Position numbers and translations under genes: made by a program. A stretch of DNA of 64,000 bases from Parasphingorhabdus sp. (GTDB lineage: Bacteria > Pseudomonadota > Alphaproteobacteria > Sphingomonadales > Sphingomonadaceae), in the NCBI RefSeq assembly GCF_965233695.1, contig NZ_OZ247497.1, forward strand, positions 2,495,277 to 2,559,276, in the 5' to 3' direction. Below, one piece after another: positions 41,092 to 51,217 of the stretch. Under the pieces are notes generated by a model. It was not told the DNA's origin. It saw only the letters and a list, made by a program, of their open reading frames with translations, and searched no databases. The stretch's first letter is position 1. Every line of letters starts with the position of its first letter.

Positions 41092-41202
41092 AAATCAATT
41101 GTGCATGTTTCGGTTGGCGCGAAGCTATCTATTGTCACTTTTCGGAATGGCGCTTTCTCGCGGCGGATGCCATTTCTGGTCACCAGAAATTGAGGATATT
41201 AT

Positions 41203-42717
41203 ATGCAAGAGATCAATCTTTCCATCCCCCGGCCTGGTCCGGCTGCGACAAAGTTTCTGGAAAAAGGCATATATTCCAATCTGGTAAATGGCGAATGGCT
41301 GTCCTGCCAAAGCGGTGAAACCTTTGATACGCTCGATCCCGCAACCGGTGAAGTGATCGGAAAGCTTCAGAGATCGGGGGCAGGGGATGTCGAAAAGGCG
41401 GTCCGCGCGGCGCGCAACGCTTTTGACAACGGATCATGGTCCAAAATAACCCCGATGGAACGCAGCCGGATCCTCTGGAAAATAGCGGACCTGTTGGAAG
41501 CCAATATTGACGAACTGGCGGAACTGGAAACGCTGGATCAGGGAAAAGCGCTATATGTCGGGCGCTGGGCAGAAATTCCCGGTGCAGTGAACCAGTTTCG
41601 ATATTTTGCCGGCCTGGCGACCAAGATCGAGGGCGCAACCATTCCCACGTCGATCAATTACCAGCCCGAGGGCAAGGAGGTTTTCGCCTATACCCAGAAA
41701 GAACCGGTGGGCGTGGTCGGTGCGATTGTACCGTGGAATTCGCCTCTGGTTCTCACCGCAATGAAGCTCGCTCCTGCCCTGGCGGCCGGGTGTACGGTGG
41801 TGCTGAAGCCGGCGGAGAATACATCACTGACAGCAGTAAGGCTGGTTGAACTGATGCAGGAAGCCGGGCTGCCCGACGGCGTGATAAATCTGGTAACGGG
41901 ATTCGGGCATGAGGCCGGCGCTGCTTTGGCCGAACATAAGGATGTCGATAAAATCGCGTTTACCGGTTCGACGCAAACCGGTCGCGCCATCATGAATGCG
42001 GCGCAAGGCAATTTGAAACGGATAACATTGGAGCTCGGCGGAAAGTCGCCGGTCATCATCATGCCTGATGCCGATATTGATGCGGCTATTCAAGGCGCTG
42101 CCAATGCGATATTCTTCAATGGCGGACAGGTGTGTATCGCCGGATCCCGCCTATACTGCCACCGCTCGATCATGGATAAAGTGGCCGAGGGGATTGCTGC
42201 GATTGGCGGACAGATCAAGCTCGGCCACGGTCTTGATCCGGAAACGCAAATGGGGCCGTTGGTGTCGAAAGAACATAGCGCCAAAGTTGCCGCCTATATT
42301 GCGGACGGCAAATCGGCTGGCGCCTCGATATTGTCGGGGGGCGAAACAGGTGGTCCCAATCAGAGTTTTGTCGAACCGACCGTGATCACGGATGTGACGC
42401 CGGATATGCGGATTGTCCGCGAAGAAATTTTCGGTCCAGTGGTCGTTGTGACCCCGTTTGACGATACAGAGGAAGTTGTCGCTGCTGCGAACGATAGCGA
42501 CTATGCGCTGGCAGCTGGCGTCTGGACCGAAGGCCTTTCGAACGGCATGCGTATGGCTAATCGCCTGAAAGCCGGAACGGTCTGGGTCAATGGCCATGCC
42601 ATGTACGATGCGTCGCTTCCCATTGGCGGGATGAAACAGTCGGGCTGGGGCCGCGATAGTGGGCAGGCTGCTCTGGAAAACTATCTGGAGCTAAAGACCG
42701 TCTGCGCGATCATCTGA
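41203..42717 (+). CDS. NAD(+)-dependent aldehyde dehydrogenase
   Basis: PWNSP, KPAENT, FTGS, LELGGKS, catalytic Cys in GQVCIAG, EEIFGP. Confidence 0.95.
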   Translation: MQEINLSIPRPGPAATKFLEKGIYSNLVNGEWLSCQSGETFDTLDPATGEVIGKLQRSGAGDVEKAVRAARNAFDNGSWSKITPMERSRILWKIADLLEANIDELAELETLDQGKALYVGRWAEIPGAVNQFRYFAGLATKIEGATIPTSINYQPEGKEVFAYTQKEPVGVVGAIVPWNSPLVLTAMKLAPALAAGCTVVLKPAENTSLTAVRLVELMQEAGLPDGVINLVTGFGHEAGAALAEHKDVDKIAFTGSTQTGRAIMNAAQGNLKRITLELGGKSPVIIMPDADIDAAIQGAANAIFFNGGQVCIAGSRLYCHRSIMDKVAEGIAAIGGQIKLGHGLDPETQMGPLVSKEHSAKVAAYIADGKSAGASILSGGETGGPNQSFVEPTVITDVTPDMRIVREEIFGPVVVVTPFDDTEEVVAAANDSDYALAAGVWTEGLSNGMRMANRLKAGTVWVNGHAMYDASLPIGGMKQSGWGRDSGQAALENYLELKTVCAII

Positions 42718-42721
42718 CTCT

Positions 42722-43639
42722 TCAGCCGAGTTGTTCCGGAAAATGGGCTTCGTGATTGTCGGCATACCAGTCAGCAATTTCTTCTCTTGTCGCCCACCAT
42801 ATGCCGTCCAGCCCCTGCGCATATTCAATAAATTCTCGCAAGGCGCGGATGGTATAGGCGCGGCCCGATACGTGCGGATGCAGGCCAACATTCATGATCC
42901 GTCCGGTTGTTGCGCCTTCCTTGTGCAGCACTGTCAGCTCTTCAATCAGCAGGTCGCGATACTCATCGGTGGTGCGGGCGTTGCGGGTCAATATGGTGAA
43001 GTCGTTGATGACATTGGAATAGGGCGTCGCGACTATCGGCCCTGCATCCGTGCGGATCATATAGGGCTGATCATCATTCATGATATCGCAGTAAAATTTG
43101 AAGCCTTCCTCGACCAATATGGTGGGCGTATTCAATGTTCCGCGTAGCGAGGAGGACAGCCAACCTGTGGGTCGTTTGCCCGTATGCTTTTCATACATCT
43201 CGACCGACCGGCGAATAATGTCGCGTTCGGCATCAATATCATCATGAAAATCCGTCAGCAGTTCGCCCTGCTCATGATTATGGGCAATCAGTTCCCAGCC
43301 GCGCTCCAGACAGGCATCGGTCATGGCCTTGCGCCGCTCAAAGGTTACCGCATTGGTGGTGCATCCTGCTTTGGCGCCAAGTTCGTCAAAAAGATCAAAC
43401 ATGCGCCAGATACCGACGCGCTGGCCATATTCGCGCCAGCTATAGTTCGGATAATCGGGTATCCGCCCGGCCAGTGCATTGGGCAGCAAGGCAGGGCCAC
43501 CGGCATAATAGGGCTGGTCCGTATCTTTCACGAGATCCCAGGTTTCCAGATTGAAGGTAAACATCAATGCCACTTTTGCGCCGTTCGGCCACTTCAGCGG
43601 CGCACGCTCTGGCAGCGGGACATAATCATAATCAAACAT
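42722..43639 (-). CDS. Polysaccharide-deacetylase-fold amidohydrolase (PuuE/allantoinase-like)
   Basis: WPNGAKVA, NLETW, EYGQRVGIWR, IAHNH, DDQPY, LHPHVSG. Confidence 0.85.
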   Translation of the reverse strand: MFDYDYVPLPERAPLKWPNGAKVALMFTFNLETWDLVKDTDQPYYAGGPALLPNALAGRIPDYPNYSWREYGQRVGIWRMFDLFDELGAKAGCTTNAVTFERRKAMTDACLERGWELIAHNHEQGELLTDFHDDIDAERDIIRRSVEMYEKHTGKRPTGWLSSSLRGTLNTPTILVEEGFKFYCDIMNDDQPYMIRTDAGPIVATPYSNVINDFTILTRNARTTDEYRDLLIEELTVLHKEGATTGRIMNVGLHPHVSGRAYTIRALREFIEYAQGLDGIWWATREEIADWYADNHEAHFPEQLG

Positions 43640-43652
43640 CTGTATGTCTTTC

Positions 43653-44432
43653 CTAAAATTCTTCCATCAGGCGGCCGAATCCGCTGACCTGATCGGTAAT
43701 GCCATTTTGGCGCAGCGCATTCCAATAGGTTGCGGTGTTGATCGCGATGACGGGCTTGCCCAGATACATTTCTGCTGCTGCCGCCAAGCGCGTCATAGAC
43801 AGGTTGGTTCCAACCTGGACGAGTGCATCAACATCATCGCCATCAAGAGCCCGCAATTCTTCTCGCAATGTCTCTGTTGGTACTTGCGCAATCGAAGTCC
43901 AGCTGGGACAGCGCAGGCAAGTGTCTCGGACGACTTCAACACCATGATCGGCCATGAAATGGGCAACATGCGCATTGGCTGACGGGTAGTAAGGTGACAG
44001 CACCACAATCTTTTTGATCCCGCCATAGGCTTTGAAAGCCTCGATCAGCGATTGGGATCCCGTGCATAATTTCAGACCCGCCTCGCTCTCGATATTCTCG
44101 CGCCATTTCTGCGCGCCTTCGGCCCCACCGTAAAAGGTGACGGCGGACATGCCCATGACCAGATAGTCGGGATTGCAGGTCAGGACACCGCGTACAGCAT
44201 CCAGCGTGTTGCGGGAAATTTCCAGCGTGCCTGCCATGAAAGTTTCGTCCGAGATTGCCTGCGCGTCTTCCACGACAATTCGGCTATAGTGATTGGTCAC
44301 ACCGCGCACACGCAAATCATCAAAATCCGGCTGGACGACAGTGTTGGTAGACGGCCCCAGAACCCCGAACAATCTGCGATAGCCAAGAGCGTCGGGATCA
44401 GGGCGGGGTTTTGGATTAGACTTCAGGGGCAT
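43653..44432 (-). CDS. Asp/Glu racemase superfamily protein (maleate isomerase / arylmalonate decarboxylase-like) lacking both catalytic Cys
   Basis: GPSTNTVVQPD, LSPY, KPVIAINTA; GMSA and VGTNL at the usual Cys positions. Confidence 0.82.
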   Translation of the reverse strand: MPLKSNPKPRPDPDALGYRRLFGVLGPSTNTVVQPDFDDLRVRGVTNHYSRIVVEDAQAISDETFMAGTLEISRNTLDAVRGVLTCNPDYLVMGMSAVTFYGGAEGAQKWRENIESEAGLKLCTGSQSLIEAFKAYGGIKKIVVLSPYYPSANAHVAHFMADHGVEVVRDTCLRCPSWTSIAQVPTETLREELRALDGDDVDALVQVGTNLSMTRLAAAAEMYLGKPVIAINTATYWNALRQNGITDQVSGFGRLMEEF

Positions 44433-45637
44433 CAGGCGACCAGTTTTTCCTGTTCCAGACTTTCAATCATCGATTGCCGCAACAGGAAGCCTTCGCGCGC
44501 TTCCGGGTCACTGTGGACACGCTGCATTTCTTCTTTGCGGCGCTTATGCTCTTCGCTCTCGCCTCCAGCCAGATATTGCATGTTTCTAATCGTCTGTGCC
44601 TGAATAAAATCATGGGTTGTTTTATGGCGTTGCCGTTCGAAAATGCCCAGCGCTTCGTCGGCATCCGCACCCTTGTTATATATACGCGCAAATTTGTCGC
44701 ACAGATTAAACGCATCGTGAATGCCGCTGTTCATGCCAAAACCCCCAATCGGGTTATTAAGATGCGCTGCATCGCCAATAATCGCAACCCGGTCATGCAT
44801 GAACTGCTTCGCCACCCGCTGATGCACGCGGTATATGGTACGATGCGCGGTCTCGACATTTTCCCCATTGCCAACCAGCCGATCAAACACGTCATTCTTC
44901 TTCTCTTCGGCGAGCAGCTCGTCATCCGGCTGTTCTTCCTTGGCAGGAACGAGCACGCGCCAGAGCGATGGCACTCTTAGGAGAACCATCCATTCTTTTG
45001 GATCCGACACATAATTGACATGGCATAGATTCGGCAGTTTCTGTTCCAACGGCTCAGTGGTGGTGTAACAGAGAAACTTTTCCGGATAGGTGAAACCATC
45101 AAAATCCGTATCAAGCCATTTGCGGATGATGCTGTTCGATCCATCAGCTCCGATCAGATAGTCCGCACGAATCTGGACAATCTCTTGCGGATTTTCGGCA
45201 TAGACATCGACTCCGGTCTGATCCTGGTCAAATCCGACCACGCGGTGTGCGAAGCGCACGTCTGCTCCGGGCAGGTTGCGTACGCTGTCTGACAACATGC
45301 GCGAGAGATGATATTGCTCGCACTGGACGCGATAGGGAAAGGGCGTGTGGTCAGAAATCTCGCCCATGTCAAAGTCGATGACCTCGCCCGTCTGGCGCTC
45401 CCGAAAATGATAAATCGGTGCTTTCAAGCCTTTTTCGATCAGTTTTTCGGTTATCCCGAACTGATCCAGCATCTCCAGAGTTGGTGGATGAAAGGTGGAG
45501 GCGCGCAAATCCAGCGCGCAATCGCCACCGGATTCCAACAGGATAACGTCTATGCCTTTATTCGCTAGGAAATAGGCCGCGACGCTCCCGACAGGTCCTG
45601 CACCCGCGATTACGATCTGTGTTTTCAGATGCTGCAT
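44432..45637 (-). CDS. FAD-dependent monooxygenase (MhpA-like)
   Basis: GAGPVG, GADGSNS, GDAAHLNNPIGGFGMNSG. Confidence 0.9.
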   Translation of the reverse strand: MQHLKTQIVIAGAGPVGSVAAYFLANKGIDVILLESGGDCALDLRASTFHPPTLEMLDQFGITEKLIEKGLKAPIYHFRERQTGEVIDFDMGEISDHTPFPYRVQCEQYHLSRMLSDSVRNLPGADVRFAHRVVGFDQDQTGVDVYAENPQEIVQIRADYLIGADGSNSIIRKWLDTDFDGFTYPEKFLCYTTTEPLEQKLPNLCHVNYVSDPKEWMVLLRVPSLWRVLVPAKEEQPDDELLAEEKKNDVFDRLVGNGENVETAHRTIYRVHQRVAKQFMHDRVAIIGDAAHLNNPIGGFGMNSGIHDAFNLCDKFARIYNKGADADEALGIFERQRHKTTHDFIQAQTIRNMQYLAGGESEEHKRRKEEMQRVHSDPEAREGFLLRQSMIESLEQEKLVA

Positions 45638-45746
45638 ATGTATTGCTGCTCCAGCGTTTGTGTGTCTGGCGCCATAAGGAATTATCCGGGGCGCGGAGCG
45701 CTGTTCTGTTCTACTATTCGCACTGCGGTAACGCCGTTGCCAAAAC

Positions 45747-45763
45747 TATCCGTCGAGTGGATA
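45747..45763. promoter_or_regulatory. Palindromic operator candidate, site 3
   Basis: TATCC-GTCGAGT-GGATA; shares the 10-mer AAACTATCCG with site 1; divergent intergenic region. Confidence 0.62.
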
Positions 45764-45836
45764 TTGATCCCTCTTTAAACCCAGATCCGAGTCTTGTTGT
45801 TTATAGGAAGGCTGAATTGACAGAGGACAGAATATC

Positions 45837-46799
45837 ATGGCTTTGAACAAACGCCCGCTTCGCGAGGTCACTCAACAGGATATCGACGACTATGCGAGAG
45901 ATGGTGTCGTCTGTCTACGCAGTGTGCTGGACCGCGACTGGATTGACCTGCTCGAACCGATTGCGAGAGAGGTCATAATCGACAAAAAGGACGTTGGCTT
46001 GCTGCCAACTATTCCGGGCCGCTATATGGCGCGTTGTATCGAGGAATATCGGCGTTTCGTTTTTGAATCACCGATTGCGGAGGTTGCTGGCAAAGTCATG
46101 CAGTCAAAGGAAATCCGGTTTTTCTTCGATGAATTTTTCGCCAAGCCACCGCAATCCGACGCCAAGACCCTGTGGCATTGTGACCGGATGGGCTGGCCGG
46201 TTAAAGGCAACATGGTGCCCTCTATCTGGATACCATTGACGCCGATTGTGAAAGCAAACTGCCTCGAAGTTCTGGCCGGCACGCAGCATGATGACGTGCC
46301 TTACTGGCTGTTTTCACCCAACGCCCGAAAGATGATCAAACCGGATGACCGGGTGCCGCATCCGGAAATCGAGAGCAAGCGCGGCGATCCGGATTTGCGT
46401 TTTCTGTCATGGGATATGGACCCGGGTGATCTGCTGATTGTGCATCCATGGGTGCTGCATTACTCCGCTGGTAATCCGACTGACGACTGGCGTGTTGCCA
46501 TCTCGGAACGGGTTTTCGGTGATGATATCCGCTGGGCACCCCGTCCGGATTGTGTAAATCTGGCTGGTGTCAGTTTTGACGAAATGCTCGAAGGCGAAAA
46601 GCCCGAGGGCTCCCACTTCCCGCTTTTATGGTCTGAAGATGGCCGTGCGGATGGCGATGCGCATTTCCCGCGAGGCTTTGCGACGCGCTGGCCAAAGCAG
46701 GAAATGGCCGGGGTGAATGAATATAAAGCATTCAAGGAACTGAAGGTCAAAGAAGATGCCGGGGAACTTTCCCGCAAAGACAGGGCGCCTGTGAACTGA
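45837..46799 (+). CDS. Fe(II)/2-oxoglutarate dioxygenase, PhyH family
   Basis: DGVVCLR, WHCD (HxD), distal His in HPWVLH, Arg in WRVAIS. Confidence 0.87.
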   Translation: MALNKRPLREVTQQDIDDYARDGVVCLRSVLDRDWIDLLEPIAREVIIDKKDVGLLPTIPGRYMARCIEEYRRFVFESPIAEVAGKVMQSKEIRFFFDEFFAKPPQSDAKTLWHCDRMGWPVKGNMVPSIWIPLTPIVKANCLEVLAGTQHDDVPYWLFSPNARKMIKPDDRVPHPEIESKRGDPDLRFLSWDMDPGDLLIVHPWVLHYSAGNPTDDWRVAISERVFGDDIRWAPRPDCVNLAGVSFDEMLEGEKPEGSHFPLLWSEDGRADGDAHFPRGFATRWPKQEMAGVNEYKAFKELKVKEDAGELSRKDRAPVN

Positions 46800-46807
46800 A
46801 GCCCGCG

Positions 46808-47632
46808 GTGACTCTGGCCAAAAAATTGCGCACACGATTGCAGCAACGAGAAATTCTCGTCGCTCCGGGCGTATATGATGCCTTCAGCGCCTATCGGGCG
46901 GAAGTCGCTGGCTTTGAGGCGATATTTGTTTCCGGTTCTGCGCTCGCCGCTGCGCATTTGGCACGCCCCGATATCGGGTTGCTCTCCGCGAGCGAGACAG
47001 CTGACATTGCCGCGCGCATTGCCGATCGCATCGGGATTCCGATGCTGGTTGATGCAGATCAGGGCTTCGGCAATGCCTTTGCGGTTGGCCGTACCGTCAG
47101 GATGCTGGAGCGGGCCGGAGCCTCTGCCATTCAAATTGAAGACCAGCAGGAAATAAAGCCGGCCGACAGCCCGCTTTCCCGCCCCCTTATTCTTCAGGAC
47201 GCCATGGTTGATAAAATCAAGGCGGCCCGCGATGCGCTAACCGATGCGGACGTAATGATCAGCGCGCGCAGCGATGCCATGGCCACAGAAGGGTTTGAGC
47301 GCGCATTGGAACGTGCCCATGCCTATGTCGAAGCGGGCGCTGATATGATCTTCGCGGAATCTTTGACCACGCGGGCACAGATGGCAGAATTTGTCCGGCA
47401 GATGGACGGCAAAGCTCCCTTGCTGCATAACCTGCTCCGCGACACGGATGAAGTGACCGACGCTCACATGGCGCAGCAGATTGGATATAGCGTCGCGCTA
47501 TTCCCTGGCACTGCGCTCGGCGCCGTCGGTGCGGCATTGGACCGGGCTTTTGCGGATCTCAAAAGCGCGCCGGAACTGCTTGGAGGTGAACCAAAAATCG
47601 ATCGCATCGGCGCGGATGCCTATTTGAAATAG
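46808..47632 (+). CDS. Isocitrate lyase / PEP mutase superfamily protein lacking the catalytic CGH loop
   Basis: APGVYDAFSA, VDADQGFG, IEDQ, ARSDA, AGADMIFAE; no Cys in the protein. Confidence 0.87.
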   Translation: MTLAKKLRTRLQQREILVAPGVYDAFSAYRAEVAGFEAIFVSGSALAAAHLARPDIGLLSASETADIAARIADRIGIPMLVDADQGFGNAFAVGRTVRMLERAGASAIQIEDQQEIKPADSPLSRPLILQDAMVDKIKAARDALTDADVMISARSDAMATEGFERALERAHAYVEAGADMIFAESLTTRAQMAEFVRQMDGKAPLLHNLLRDTDEVTDAHMAQQIGYSVALFPGTALGAVGAALDRAFADLKSAPELLGGEPKIDRIGADAYLK

Positions 47633-47641
47633 AGGAAGATA

Positions 47642-48379
47642 TTGATCATGAAACTTTTTTACTCCCCGTTTCACAGCTTCATTCACAAGGTTCTGGTCAC
47701 CGCACATGAGTGTGGGCATTGGGACGATATTGACTTTGTTCCAACCTTTCCGTTCAAGAATCTGGATGGGGAAGATCAGGGCGATGCTTACAGTATCGCT
47801 GCGCTCAACCCGCTCGACAAGGTGCCGACGCTTGCTACAGACACCGGTCAGGTCATCTATGGCAGCCAGGCGATCTGCGAATATTTCGATGCCAATAGCA
47901 AGGCACGCAAAATGTATCCGGCGTCGGGCCCGGCACGCTGGGATGCGATCACCCGGCTGGCTCTGGGAGACACGATTTTTGAAACGACGGTGCAAATGGT
48001 GGCCGAGCAATGGCAGGAGCCCGAGCAATGGAATATGCGGGTTTTTGAATCCTTATGGCCGAAATATATCCGCGCCCTCGATGGGCTCGAGCAACAGGCG
48101 GGCAGCTGGACGGATTTTGATATCGGCCATGCGTCGCTGCTGCACGCGATCAGCTATCTCGGTTTTCGCGCGGAATTTTATGAAGCCAAAGATCCGATCC
48201 ATCCCGATTTCCGGTGGCGCGATGGTCGTCCGGCGCTTTCGGACTGGTTTGATGCGGCGATCGAACGCCCTTCCGTACAGTCGCATTACAACAAGGATTT
48301 TGAAGGCGATACCAGTGCCAAACGCTGCCAGCGGGCGGTGCAGGACATACTCGCCTTGCAGAAGGAACATGCCAAATGA
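47642..48379 (+). CDS. Glutathione S-transferase family protein
   Basis: MKLFYS, NPLDKVPTL, GSQAICEY; C-terminal RPALSDWF...RPSV. Confidence 0.82.
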   Translation: MIMKLFYSPFHSFIHKVLVTAHECGHWDDIDFVPTFPFKNLDGEDQGDAYSIAALNPLDKVPTLATDTGQVIYGSQAICEYFDANSKARKMYPASGPARWDAITRLALGDTIFETTVQMVAEQWQEPEQWNMRVFESLWPKYIRALDGLEQQAGSWTDFDIGHASLLHAISYLGFRAEFYEAKDPIHPDFRWRDGRPALSDWFDAAIERPSVQSHYNKDFEGDTSAKRCQRAVQDILALQKEHAK

Positions 48380-49062
48380 TCGACTTCTATTACTGGCCGA
48401 CGCCCAACGGGCACAAAATATCGATCGCGCTCGAGGAATTTGCACTCGATTACCAGACCAAATCCATCAATATACTGACGGGTGAACAACATACGCCGGA
48501 ATTTCTGGCAATCAGCCCCAATAACCGTGTGCCCGCGATAGTCGATCATGACGGTCCAGACGGCCAGCCGCATGCGGTCTTTGAATCGGGGGCGATATTT
48601 CTCTATTTTGCGCAAAAGACCGGGAAATTCTGGCCGGAAGATCCGGTGCAGCAATCCATCGTAACGCAATGGCTGTTTTTCCAGAATGCCAGCGTTGGTC
48701 CGATGTTCGGGCAATGCGGCTATTTTAACGGCTATGCGAAAGAGCGCGTGGAGCACGGAATTCAGCGCTATTGCGGCGAAACCAAGCGGCTTTATGGCGT
48801 GATCGACAAGCGGCTGGGAGAGCAGGAATATCTGGCGGGCAGCGACTATTCCCTGGCTGATATGTCGACCTTTCCCTGGATGACCGAAAAACAGCAAAAT
48901 TTGCACGGCGTTGATGTCACCGCATTTTCGAATGTAGAGCGCTGGCTAGCCACTGTCGGTGCCCGTCCCGCGGTTCAGCGCGGCATGGCGGTCATGGAAG
49001 ACGACCTCAAAGTTGGCAATCCGACAGAGGAATCGTTCAAAGCCATGTTTGGTCAGGAGTGA
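48376..49062 (+). CDS. Glutathione S-transferase, YfcG-like
   Basis: YYWPTPNGHKI, SPNNRVPAI, FESGAI, YSLADM. Confidence 0.9.
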   Translation: MIDFYYWPTPNGHKISIALEEFALDYQTKSINILTGEQHTPEFLAISPNNRVPAIVDHDGPDGQPHAVFESGAIFLYFAQKTGKFWPEDPVQQSIVTQWLFFQNASVGPMFGQCGYFNGYAKERVEHGIQRYCGETKRLYGVIDKRLGEQEYLAGSDYSLADMSTFPWMTEKQQNLHGVDVTAFSNVERWLATVGARPAVQRGMAVMEDDLKVGNPTEESFKAMFGQE

Positions 49063-49069
49063 CCGCGTC

Positions 49070-50266
49070 TCAGCGGGATAGGCCATTCAGTATCAGGTTG
49101 ACGATTTTCGCGTCGTCATAGGCGAAATTCACCTGGCCTGTGCGGACGATGGTCAACCCGCTGGATGGAACGACATAGACACGCTGTCCGCCGAACCCGT
49201 CAAAGAACAGCACATCTTCGGCCAGATAGGGCGCGCCATGGGTCACCGCTAACGGGTTTTGTTGGCTATAGCGGCGTTTGGCAACATAAGGCGATCCCCG
49301 CCAGACATGCAGGCCATAATTGGGATTGGTCGGTGCTGGCTCTGCCATGGCCTTGATCCATTCGGCAGAGATGATTTGTTTGCCCTGCAATAGGCCCTGA
49401 TTGCGGATCAGTTCACCGATCCGGGCCCAGTTGTGCGGGTTTGTGAACAGGCCGGAATAATAATGCGGAGCGCCGCCTTCCCGGTCGAGCCACAGCCTGG
49501 CTGTGTCATTGCCGACCGGACACCAGAGCTTTTGTTCCAGATAACCGGCATAGCTGTCATAGCCTTTTGCCTGAAGCGCGCGATCCAAGGCGATGCCAGC
49601 GATCTGGCTGTTCACATTATTATAGCGAAACTCTGCACCGGGACCATCGGCCAGCGGATAGTCCAGTGCCACCGCATTGATATCGGCTGCCAAAAGCAGT
49701 TCCCGTGATTTCCCGCCGGGATCGGAAAAGCTGTAAAGTTTCAGCCCGCTTTCCATATGCAGCAGCTGCCTCAGCGTAATCTGGCCGCGCGGATCATCTT
49801 TCCATTCGCTGATATATTGTCCCGCGCGATCATCCAGCGATCCGATAATGCCTTCATCAATGGCAATCCCGTACACCAGTGCAAGGACGGATTTGTGCAT
49901 GGAGTAGCTGTCAGTCGGGGTCGCCGCACCGGCATCGCCAGCATAGCTTTCATGCAATATCTTTCCGTCTTTCAGAATGACGAGGCCCACGCCGTTTTCC
50001 GCCTTGGAATAGCTATCGGCTTGCGCAATGGCGGCGGCAAGACGGGCCGACATCGCGTCCCCGGTCGTGGGCAGCTTCTGTTCGTCACATTTTTCGCCGA
50101 TGGTGACCGTTGGCTGGAACAGGTCGACATCCAGAACGGTCGCGCCTGTTAAGGCTTCGGATGCGGCGGCTATATCACGTTGCGGAACGGCGCTGGTCGC
50201 CGGTGCCATGCAGGCGGCCAGCGATGAAAGCAATGCGCCTGCTATGCTGATTTGTATGGTTCGCAT
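49070..50266 (-). CDS. Serine hydrolase lipoprotein (beta-lactamase fold, NylB-like)
   Basis: Lipobox LAAC; SxxK (SMHK); YNN; GFGGQ. Confidence 0.87.
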   Translation of the reverse strand: MRTIQISIAGALLSSLAACMAPATSAVPQRDIAAASEALTGATVLDVDLFQPTVTIGEKCDEQKLPTTGDAMSARLAAAIAQADSYSKAENGVGLVILKDGKILHESYAGDAGAATPTDSYSMHKSVLALVYGIAIDEGIIGSLDDRAGQYISEWKDDPRGQITLRQLLHMESGLKLYSFSDPGGKSRELLLAADINAVALDYPLADGPGAEFRYNNVNSQIAGIALDRALQAKGYDSYAGYLEQKLWCPVGNDTARLWLDREGGAPHYYSGLFTNPHNWARIGELIRNQGLLQGKQIISAEWIKAMAEPAPTNPNYGLHVWRGSPYVAKRRYSQQNPLAVTHGAPYLAEDVLFFDGFGGQRVYVVPSSGLTIVRTGQVNFAYDDAKIVNLILNGLSR

Positions 50267-50269
50267 GCT

Positions 50270-51217
50270 CTAGTCCTTTGTGACTTCAACGCCGGATAAT
50301 GGCTCCGGGCCTTCTGCAACCTTTCCTGGCTTCAGATGCAGGTCGAGAAACTGTATGGTCGTTGCAATTGCATGGTCGAAGCGCTTTGCGATTTCCGGCC
50401 GGATGGATCCGCCCCGCCCGAAAAGCCCGTCAAAATAATGATCGACATCATCCCCGACCCACAGCCACCGCGCGCCTTTGGGGGTGGCTTCATAAGCCGC
50501 TTTATGGAGCCGCCAGTCGTCGATAAAACCCGGCAGGATATCCGCAGTTCCGGTCACCGTCAGACTTGGTACGTCAATAGTCGACCAGCCCTTGGCATCG
50601 ATCATCTTTGCAAGCGGACCGGGCGGGGAATAGGCCACGAGTGCAGCGACATTTTCGATTTTGCGATTGGGGCGCGAGCCATCGGGCTCCGTTGCAATCG
50701 CTCCGGCGCCAATCTGAGCTATCAGCGCGCCATAGCTATGCCCCATTATTGCGATCCGGTTTGCATCGATAGTGAATCCACGTCTTTTGAGCCGCGCAAC
50801 CATCGGATCAGGGGCTGCGGCAAGATGCGCGATCTCGTCATTGCGCGTCGTCCAAACGGTTTCAGACTTGGGCTTGGGATCCAGCGCCAATATCTCTGCA
50901 TCCAAATGGGTTGGCGCGAGAATAATATATCCCGCCTCAGCAATCGGCTGGAGCATATTAAGGTAGCGGTCCGGGCTTGAAAAAGCACCGGTTGAGAACA
51001 CGATCAGCGGAAAGGTGCCTGATCTGTCTGGTGCGAATATCGTAACAGGGAATTCGTGGCCGCTTTTGGTTGTCAACATTGTCTGAATTTCGGTGACGAC
51101 AAGCTTTGGGGGTGCATTCGGAATCGTCGACGTGGTCTGCATCGCCAGCGCGGCACCACTTGCCAAACCCAATAAGAGCAATGCTACGCTTCGGAGCAGA
51201 CGACGCCAATGAATCAT
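50270..51217 (-). CDS. Secreted alpha/beta hydrolase (PAF-acetylhydrolase / chlorophyllase-like fold)
   Basis: Signal peptide; PLIVFSTGAFSS, GYIILAPTH, nucleophile elbow GHSYG, GTAD, DHY. Confidence 0.8.
   Translation of the reverse strand: MIHWRRLLRSVALLLLGLASGAALAMQTTSTIPNAPPKLVVTEIQTMLTTKSGHEFPVTIFAPDRSGTFPLIVFSTGAFSSPDRYLNMLQPIAEAGYIILAPTHLDAEILALDPKPKSETVWTTRNDEIAHLAAAPDPMVARLKRRGFTIDANRIAIMGHSYGALIAQIGAGAIATEPDGSRPNRKIENVAALVAYSPPGPLAKMIDAKGWSTIDVPSLTVTGTADILPGFIDDWRLHKAAYEATPKGARWLWVGDDVDHYFDGLFGRGGSIRPEIAKRFDHAIATTIQFLDLHLKPGKVAEGPEPLSGVEVTKD

Noticed and set aside
45837-47632. Phosphonate catabolism (PhnY*-like plus phosphonopyruvate hydrolase)
   Set aside because: The folds are compatible, but I saw no PhnZ, phosphonate transporter or Pho box; not supported beyond family level.
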